64,000 bases of DNA from Monocercomonoides exilis PA203 (Eukaryota > Protista > Preaxostyla). The stretch covers positions 1,798,001 through 1,862,000 of the forward strand of contig LSRY02000011.1 of the NCBI GenBank assembly GCA_001643675.2, written 5' to 3'. The position numbers and the translations under genes were made by a program. The notes under the pieces were generated by a model. The model had not been told where the DNA came from and made no database searches. It saw nothing but the letters and a program-made list of their open reading frames with translations. Shown here in pieces: positions 53,555 to 63,700 of this stretch; position 1 is the first letter of the stretch; every line of letters starts with the position of its first letter.

Positions 53555-54433
53555 TTACGCAGAAGAATTAGCTCCAAGCCATCTAAATCCTTCGGTAAGT
53601 CCTTGCCCAGTTAGTGCGCAGCATCCTTGAATATGCCATTTTCTCGAAGATGGAAGTTCTGCAAGCCCAAGCAAGCGCGCTGCTTCATCTGGCTTTGCTG
53701 CTCCTGCAATATCTTGTTTGTTCGCAAGAATCAAAACTGGAGCATTTCTGCATAATTTTGATATATTTTTCCATAAATATAAATAAAAAAGGAAATATAT
53801 AAAAAAGTGAAATGAATCAAATGGATGATGCAATGCTCAAACGTTAAATGTTCTGAGCGAAGCATGTTATGCAGTTCGCAATGGGCACATTCATCACATC
53901 CGTCCGGATTTGAACATTTAATACGGCGGTGATCGGAACAATCAACCACATATACCACCGCATTAACTCCTTCATAATAATGATTCTGAAAAAAAGTATT
54001 TTTAATTCAATAATTGTGATGAAGATCAATGTTGAATAAAAATGTTTGTTTAAATTATTATTCAAAAAAAATGATACCCAAAGTTGTCTGTAATAATTAA
54101 TGATTTGATGAGATATAAAATTCAAAAATACGAATGATAACAAATAAAAATACAAACCTGATTCTCTTCTGCCCTCCAACATCCCAAATAGTGAATTTCA
54201 AGTTTTCAAATTGGACCTCTTCAACGTTAAATCCAAGAGTTGGATTTGACATAACTGCTTCGCCGAGTTTCAAACGGTATAAGACCTGGATAAGCGAAAT
54301 ATGAGAGTTGATTGAAAGGAAAAATTAAAAATCAAACTGAAGTCTTTCCGGCTGCATCAAGACCAACCATCACAATACGTGTTGGTTTCTTTGTAAAAAA
54401 GCTTTTGAAAAACTTTGCGATCGTTGAGCCCAT
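53555..54433 (-). CDS. Arf-family small GTPase (Arf/Arl), 5 exons, 189 aa, with a Cys-rich insertion
   Basis: Exons 54433-54338, 54285-54158, 54087-54078, 53985-53843 and 53747-53555 total 570 nt and give MGSTIAKFF...GLDAAGKTS...PTLGFNVE...[17 protein letters not shown]...NKQD...GCCA...G.GL.EG..WL. Gly2 is a myristoylation site. Confidence 0.92.
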
Positions 54434-54751
54434 CGAGAAGCAAGTATTTCCTGTTTTGATCTTCATACCCTAATCGAAAGAAAATGATATTAAAATATTG
54501 GTATTTATTTTTGAAAATGGAAGAGAATAGAAGAACAAATATAAAATTAAAAATTAACATTTGATGCATTATTAAAAAAAATTGTCGAAAAGTGAATTGC
54601 TTTTTAAAATTATAAGAAGAGAAGTTTGAATCACTGGATAGCTTTATGAACTTAATTCATATTCGCTCGCAATCCATTAGAAATAGTACAAAATTTTTGT
54701 TGTGAACAAGAATAGAAAATAAAAACAGAAAAAATAAAAATCAAAAAAATT

Positions 54752-57700
54752 TCAATAATCCAAAGCGCAGAAGAGAGCAACAGAACGTTTGATCCAGTGA
54801 GATTCAACGGTGTCTGAAGGAATATCAAGTGAGATGACGTAGTTTGTTGAGTGCCCAGTGGTGGAGAGTGTTCCTTGCCTTGTCAATATCTTGTAGATGG
54901 GGCAGTTGTATGACCCTTCTGTTGGGGGCACTCTGTTCTCCACTGGATTCAGATGGATGATGGGGAATGTTGTGTACAGCTCTTTCGGACGAGACTCTGT
55001 CAGCACGTGCTTTTCGTGGTCCCACCTCGCCCCTTCCAAAAACAGACCATACGCAAAGCATCCGTCTGCAGGCCTTTCTGTCACTTCCTCAGGATTCTTG
55101 AGATCGTCCCTGATGATTGCTTCAAATGATATCTTATCAATTGGAATTTTGTATTTCCGTGCAAAGTTCTGAAGGTTGCCAGTAAGAAAAGCTTGAGGGA
55201 AGAATAATCCAGAAATCCAATACACTGCTGGAGGGCCGTTTTCTATCCACTTCGCCAGGAATGCACATCTCTGTGCAAGATCTTCCACCCACACAGACAG
55301 CGCCTTTAAAGAAGGATAGGCAGGCTTTTCCCACAGTTTGGGTATTTGGTTGATAAAGAGAGAGTTCGACATGTCTTCCAATGCTGCACTCATCACCACC
55401 TTTCCAGCCAGCGCCTTGATCATGTCATCCAGCGACGTGTGTATTGTGCTCAGAAGTCTGTTGTACCGAATGATTTCTTGCACAAGCACTGTGTTCATAG
55501 ACTCCTCGTAGCTGGTTGGATATGCCGCAGATGCTGCTTCAAGATCAAACTCATGTGGCACTTTTTCTTGTATCGAAAGCACCTTCTCCTGAATGATCTC
55601 TTCTCTTGTCTGTCCAGAAGATCCGCTTGCTGTGCTTGGCTGAAGAGAAAGCAGATTATCAAACAAATCATTTGTATCCTTCATGGCACAGGTGATATCT
55701 GCATTCTCGTGCAACCCAAAGACTTCAGGATATGCATTCAGATCATAACTCTGAATCACTTGAATGTAGCCCTTCAAATCTTCGCAGTCGACAGATGTGT
55801 ACTTTCCAGAGGGTGAGAAAGTGTAGCCTTCTTTCAACACATCTGGACAGATGAATCTCTCGAGCAATGTTGAAAGCAGTCTTCTGTCTAAGAAATCAGT
55901 GACACGACCACCATAGTTGATTTCTCCAAACAGGAACGAAAGCACGCGATATGGTACTTCGATAGATGTCTCTAAGAACAGGCGCAGCTGTTTAATGCAC
56001 ACATTCAGATCGTCCACAGTGAATTCATATCTGATGTTCCATCCCAATGCACCAAACTTTCTTCTCTCTTGAATGACAGCATGGAAGAAGGAAAGAGAGA
56101 ACAAAAGCATTCGCAGAACACTTGGATCGTGGTTGTCGCTCACTGGTGCAATCACAGAAGGATCAAAAGATTCGTATGTTCTCAGAAGATTCGCCTGAAG
56201 TCCCTTTGGTGGTTCGTTAGTCATTTTGATACCTGACTGCAAGATCGACACCGGGAATTTCTCTGATGGCTGAGAAGTGAGCCATAAGCGGAATTCGCGA
56301 TGAACAGACTCAGGTTTCCAGTTCTCAACAATACGTTCGAGCTCAGGCATCCACGAAGCATACAAATCGCAGTTTTGAAGAAGAACCCAGAAACCGTTTT
56401 CAGTTGCTTCATTAATGTATTGCTCAGCTTTTACACCTTGTCCTTGTCCCAAAGAAAGAGAGTGCAGTTTCTTTGTCATTCTCATTTCAACTGCAAATTG
56501 ATCGAGATCCTTTGCAGGGTTTGTTCCAGGTGAGATGATGAAAATGAGAGGTCTCATTGAATTGGAGTCGCGATATGACTTAGCCAAGTTGAAGTTTGGA
56601 GGTTGCACATATTTCTTTCCAAAGTTCTCCTGCACAAAGTCTTGCACACCTTCGGTGATCTTATCAGAACGCAAGCATTTCAGTACAAGCAGTTTTTGGA
56701 ACTGGTTCAGATCGTTCCATTTGCCTGGGAGCGGCTCGCGATGCGCCTGTGAAGAGTCGAAGATCACTCGCCACGAATCTGGATCTGCAGCAAAGTCTTT
56801 GTCTAAGTCGGTAAATGCAGGAAGCTCTGCCAGCGCCTGTATGTCGATCCACGAACGTGATGTGAGCCAATCCTCTGCTGGATTGGGCTGTGGATTGGCA
56901 ACAGTTGAACGACCGATAAGGAAACGATATTCTTGCTGGTCGATTTTGCCCTCATATGTCAAGATTCTCATAATCATCAAGAAGGAGAACATCAGCTTGT
57001 GCCTTGCAAACAGCGAACGGCAGACATTCTGATAAAGAAGATAAGTGAAGTTGTCCATCAGATTGCTCAAACGAGTGGCAAAGTCTTGTGATTGCTCTGT
57101 CTCTTCTATTGACTGCTTGTACAGATCCATAAACCACTGCAGCGAATTCTGATACATAGGATCGATTGAAGACAGATCAGCAACACAGAAGAACAGAAGA
57201 GATCCTCTAACAGCCATTGGTCTGTATGTGTTTCTGGTTTCATCAATCTGCTGCTCTGTTTCTTCTGCTTCTTTCACTTTTTCTTCAATTTCTGTACTCA
57301 TTTTCTTTGACTCCGAAAGAGTGTTAATAAGCGTCTCATCTTCCAATGGATTCGCAGTTTCGGACAATAGCTTCAGGATTTGATCTTCATATTCCTTCAA
57401 CCTTGCTCTCATCTTTGCGTTGCTTGACATCAGACTGTTCTTCGATTCTTCCAGATCTGGTCTCTCTTGCACAACGACAGTTGCCAGCAATTGATCTTCC
57501 AATCCACTCTGTGTCACAGTGAAGTTGAGAAGTGTCACTTTAACACTTGTTTCTGGAGCATATTTAGGATTGGGCAATTTTGTTGTCATGTACAGTTTGA
57601 AGTTGTTGTTGTAAGGCAGCGTTGTATCACCAAGCTTCATCATCTCTGATCCCTTGTGCATGAATGTTGTTCGCGATAAAACAGGCTCAAGAGCAGGATC

Positions 57701-60700
57701 AAGCTCTTCACCAACGCTTTCAATAAGAACAGGTCTTCCAAATCGAATTGCTGTTTCCATCGTTCTCATGAAGTTATCTTCTGTCTGTTTCACAATGTCC
57801 AGCTTTCCTTTCTCCATTCTTCTGATCCACTTATTTGCCTGTCCTTGTGGATCAATCATCAAAGGCCATCTTCTCGCATTGATCATAATCAGACCATTTT
57901 CAATTGACAGATTGTCAGATGGCAGACCATCAAGACCCCATTGTCTAACACGAACAGGATCTGCAAATGTTGTTTGAATAGAAGCGTTTGCACTGAATGG
58001 GAAGTTCATTTCAGTAAGAGCTTCTTTCCACTGAGTAATGAGATCAGCTCTGAACTGAGAAGTGAATGGACCAAGATAGCACACTGTTCCAGCAGAAATA
58101 AGAACATCTCCCATCACGTTGTATTCAAGCTGTTCAATATCCTTCATCTCCTTTGTCCATCTTGTGCATTCACCACCCAAACCTTGTGTCAATCTGAACG
58201 CACGATCTCTTTGCGTCACGCAATCGTGCACTTGTTTCTGAAGAGATTCCTTCTTTTCAATTGCCTCCTGATAGCGTGCTTCCAATTGTTTGATGTTGCT
58301 CTCCAAAATATTCAATGAATCTTGCTTTTCTTTCAGTGTCTTAAGAACAGCTGCAAGCTCTTTCTCGGCCTTTGCGACAAGTTCTTGTTTTGGCTTAACA
58401 TCAAGGAATGTGAAATAGAAGCTGTACATAGCACGAATCCAGATACAGATAGACATGCAAGCTTTGCTTCCCTTTGCCACCTTTTCTGGAATAAACTCTT
58501 CGTTCTGAATGTAAGGCTCAATTTTCTTAATCATCTTAGGATCCAAATGCTCTTTGTCGAAGTTGAGCATGGAGTCCATAAGTTCACGGGGATGTGAGAC
58601 AAGACCACGAGCAGGTCCCATGTAATCTTCCTTCTTTTGGTTAGGATGGTCTGGATCTTGTATTTTGGCTGGAGGAACTCCCATCACAATACACAAAGCA
58701 GCCAACACAAGTTGCACACCTTTACCGGGTGATTTGTATCCTCCGACTTCTGCAACATCACGTGGATCCAGCTTCTCGAGTGATTTTTCGGCTTCTCTCA
58801 GAATTGGCAATGCTTTTTCGAGAAGTGCAGTGGCTTCGTCTTTCATCTTCTGGCACTGTTCGGCCTGAGCCGACACTTCCTGTTCTTCTCTCTTCACAAT
58901 AGTTCTCTGCTCGCTGGCATCCTGCTGGTCTTTCTGGATTTTAACCATCATCTGCTCCACTTCAATAGTCATTTTCTCCAACTGGGGTTGCACTTCCTTC
59001 AGACGTGCATCGTTCTTCACGACTTCTTCTGTAGCCTTCGTAATCTTTTCCACACCCTGAGACAATCTGTTCTTCATCACTTTTAGTTCTTCTCTTTTGT
59101 TCTTCAGCATCGTTCTCAACGTTGTAATCAATTCTAAATAGCTCAATGGTGTTACATGATTTGTTCTCTTAAGCTCCTTCAAGTATCTTGTATTTGCCTT
59201 TTCGACTGACTGATGTATCATCACACACATCTCAATCACTTTATCTGTCAAGTCTTCTCCTTTGTGCCTCTTGTGCATCTTATATTCTTCATCACTTCCA
59301 CTAGCATCCTCGTCTTCGCTTTCCTCTTCATCTCCCAACGGATTCGACTCAAAGTCAACATCATCCAGCTTCACTCTCGCGACAGCTCTCAAAGCTTCAT
59401 CTGGCCATGGATCAAACCAATCAATGGTGCAGCAAGTGACAAGAGCAGGATACATTCTCAGTCTATTTCTGAATGCATCACCAAATGGTGACATGCAAAG
59501 CACAATGTGGATGTTCTCCCGAACTCTCTTCACGAAATGAGAGAAGAGATTAATCTTTGTAGGAATAATTCCAAGTGATTGCGCAATGGGTCTCATCGTT
59601 GAATATATCGTCTCCATTTCTTGTGGATCCCACACATTCGGAACATCACCTGAATTAAGCATGTTGTTGATATCCTCCAAAAATGATTCTTGAACAAGCT
59701 GTGTGTCTGAGAATAGAAATACTGTGGGCATAGCTTCGAGTCCAGCGCCTTTCATAATATCCTTAAGTGTTTTATGCCACTCGAATGTGTTGAAGCCTTT
59801 CTTGATTTCAATATTTCTCAGAGTGTATTCTGCAATAAACGAAGCCAAACGAGTGAGAGATTGTCTTCCTGATCCTCCAACGCCAAGAAGCAGTGCATTT
59901 CCGTATGGCTGTCTGATAATTCTTGCGATTCTCAGCAAATGCATGATTGCATTCTGGAAAAGCACAAGTTCTAATGAGCCTCCCTTTTGAGCATCTCTGT
60001 AATCATCCAATGCATCATCGAGTACTTTCTTAAGCTTCTCAATATCTGTAATCTGAACGTACGGCTTTGTTTCTCCTTGATTTGCTGAAAGAAGATCACC
60101 AAACATCATATTATCACTTGCTCCAACACCTTCCCAAGTAACGCTGAAGTGTTTCTTGAGTTGTGCACGAAGAAGCTGCTGGAACCATTCTCTGTCTTTC
60201 GTATCTTTCGTTGAGGTGACCAGACGATCGGCAAACACTCGAGTTGTCTCATGAAGCCAAATGCGGATAACTTGAGATGTTTCCTGCAATGCTCTCACAT
60301 CACCAGAAAGAATTCCTTGGAACACTTTGCTCAGATCACGAAGGTTGAATGTGTAGTGAGATTTTTGAGGGGTTGGCAAGAGTTCTCTCATAATTGTGTG
60401 ATAAACCTCTACTGTTGCATTGACAATTGGAGTGGTAAGCCCTCGAATAATATCCGGAAACTGATTGAAGAATGAGCCTAGAATTGTTGAGAAAATCATC
60501 TTTTCACTGCTTTCTTCGAGATCAGTGAAGTAGATGTGGTTAAAGTGACGAAGGAACCTGTTTGTCACGGGATTACGACCTCCTCCTGGTGGTCCCATAG
60601 CTCCCACAAGCTGCACATCTTCAATTTTGAAGAATGGAATAGAAGTGGAGTCCTTCTTAACATACCACCCGCCATGATCGACAAACTGCCTCAAAAGTTC

Positions 60701-63700
60701 AATTGGTGGTTGTGCACCGTAGATTTCAAGCTTAGGCATGTTCAGATCATCCACAAAGATCACAAACTTTGAGCCAGGTGGAGCTCCTACAATTCCGCTA
60801 CGACGTCTTTCGAATTTGTCATCAAGTTGGCGCTGAGTGGCAGTCGCTGATGTTTGAGCAGAAAATGTCATTGGAATAGGAATGTATTCACTGGGGGCCT
60901 GTTTGAAGAGATATTGCTGAAGTGTAACAGTCTTGGCAGTTCCTGTTGATCCAATTGTAAGAACATGCTTTGACTTTCTAACAAGAAGATTGATGATGTG
61001 TGTGTTACGCACTGAGTCAACTGTAGGTACAATCATTTCGGTGAACGCAGTCTTTGGCTTAATAACATACTCATCAATTGTGTCCATCCAGGGTATCCAC
61101 ACTTTCTCCTTTTGATTATACACAAAGTCGTACAATGTGTAAATTGCTGGGATTTTCGGATTTGGAGAAAGCGAGCCTTTCATTGGCTGAGCATCTGTTG
61201 GCTGTTCGAGAGTTGTGTCAAGAAGATCAGGATGGTTCTCTCTGATCAATGTCATCAAAAATTCGTTGAAGCTTTTCCTTCCTTCAACGTTTGTAGTGGC
61301 ACCAACAGACCACACCAATGCAAAAATGAAGATGTGTGGTAGACACTCTCCCATATCCTCCAGCTTCTGTTGAGTTGGCATTGTCTCTCCTTTTGCCTCT
61401 TCTGGAAGATATGGCATGAACATTGCTTCGAGCATGTTGAAGAAAGCCATACAAATGTTAGCATCGACAGTTGGAACTGCTTCAGGACAGCTTCTTCTCA
61501 GATGATTAAGGCATTGTGGAAGATAGATATCGAACAGTTCCTGAAGAGCATCAATATGTGGAGCAAAGAGTGTCTGTTGCGAATTCAACCAAGAAAAGAT
61601 TCTGGCTGAGTGTGGCACAGTTGTTGATGGCTCCAAATAAACCATACCGCAACGTGAAACTGTGGCAGGTGAAGCAACACGCAAATCTTCGACCTCAAAG
61701 ATCATGTTCATTGCAGGAGTCAATGGAATAACTTCTCCTGATGCAAGGCACAGCTTCTTAGAATCATCGAGCACGGTGTTCATATCTTCAATCCAGACAG
61801 CATCAACTGGCCCATCGCAAATGATCCAGTGTTTGTCTGAAGACTCGTCTCTCACGCATTCTCTCATGATAAGTGTAAGCACACCATTCTTCCAGTCATT
61901 TGTTGCTGCATCGTATGTTCCATACAGATCACCATATGGAATAGACTTTGGATTCAGTTTGTGCATTATGACAGTTTCGTATCCTTCAACTCCTCTCTTC
62001 TTTAATGTTGTCATTGCTGTGCTCAGAACGCTCAAGCAACTGGATTTCCCTCCGCCAGTTGGACCGACAAGCATCAAACCATGTCGAAGCACAGCTGTTT
62101 CATACAATTGCAAGCATTTTGTGATGAATGCTTCACGAGGTTGAAGTTGTTGCAGAGATGCTGTATCGATAAGCGCTTTGTTCAGTTGTCCATAGTCAAC
62201 AACCATTGGCTCCACACCTGGGAACAGATCAGAAACAATACCTTTGAAAAGTGGAATATCGTCTGCAAGGAATTTGGGAATGTTTGTGTCTCTCAAAGCA
62301 CGAAGCAAAAGCAATTCTTCAGAAACATCTGGGAATTCGTGTTTTAAATTACCAGCAGCAGAAATGACTGTGTTGACAGCTCTCATACCAAAATCATAAT
62401 GGTCCTGTGAAGAAAGCTGTTCTGAAGAAAGCTTGAATGTGGCAACCATCTTCTTTGAAAGTGCAAATCCTTCTTTGAACCCAAAAGAGAACAGACGAAT
62501 TTCAGCGATTAGAGCATAATCTGGGATCATCACAGCCACTGGACGGAACAGCGCTTTCAAGTTATCAGGAAGTTCTGTTCTTCCGGCATAACCAGGATTC
62601 ATAGTGATGAAGATAGAAAGTGTTGGAATCAAAGTAATTTCATCGTCTTCAAAGTGGAATTGCTCCAAGCCATCCATAATAGCATTTTGGATAGTTGCAA
62701 TTTGCTGAGCAATCACAGACAGCACTTCAATATCAATTCTGTTGAACTCATCGAAGCAAGACCATGCACCAGTCATCGCCAGACCTTTGAAGAATTTCCC
62801 CATGGCAGTCACCTTCAGAGACTCAGAGCAGTTGAACACGACGCACTTCACAGCAACAGCCTTTGCCAGATCCTTTGTTGTTTCTGTCTTTCCTGTTCCG
62901 GCTGGTCCAGCTGGGGCTCCTCCCAAATGAAGGTTGATAGCGCCCATCAGAGTCATGTAAAGCTTATCAGTCAGTGGAGTGATAACCAAACGTGAAGTGT
63001 TTCCGAGATATTCGTATTGGTACATGAAATCAGTTTGCATCATTTTCACATGCACATCATCATCCTCCCAATAATATCTGAATTGTGAAATCCAATCGAA
63101 GTCCGTAACAGCTTCGACTTTGTTCTCCACTAGTCTGGTTGTCACATCACGTGCATGCACATCAATTGTGATAAGTGCTCCAAGTGTAAGTCTTTGAAGA
63201 TCGGTAAGATTTCCTCTCACAAGATCAGTCAAATCGTTTAATTGTCCCTTCAATTTTGTTAGCAGCTTGTCAACTTCTTCATATCCTCCTTTTTCAATTG
63301 ATTGTTCAACTTCCTGCGTCCAGTATATCTGCCCAACACACAACACAACTTGTCCTGGCCAAAGACCAACCCACTCTTTTCTTGGGCGCACATTGTAATC
63401 TGCCAGTGACTGTACAATCTGATCTCTCACAGCTGTGAACATGCATCCTTCAAGTTCCTTCAGCCACTGCTCCACATTTCCTTCTGGATAAATACCCTCA
63501 ACGAACTCCACCTTCTCTTTCTCCTTTGAAATCATCGCTGTAATCTCCATATCTGGTTGGAATGTGACAGATTTAATGGCTTCAAAGCATGTGCCCAGAT
63601 AAGGTTGCACACGAGTTGGATCTTTTGTTTGAGACAGAATATCAAGCAACTCATCTGAAGATAAGAAGTAAAAACGAGGGAATGCTTTTCTTTTTGTCTC

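Noticed and set aside
60925-60955. Dynein AAA3 Walker A GSTGTAKT as an inactivating change
   Set aside because: GTAKT variants occur in the AAA3 of other axonemal dyneins.
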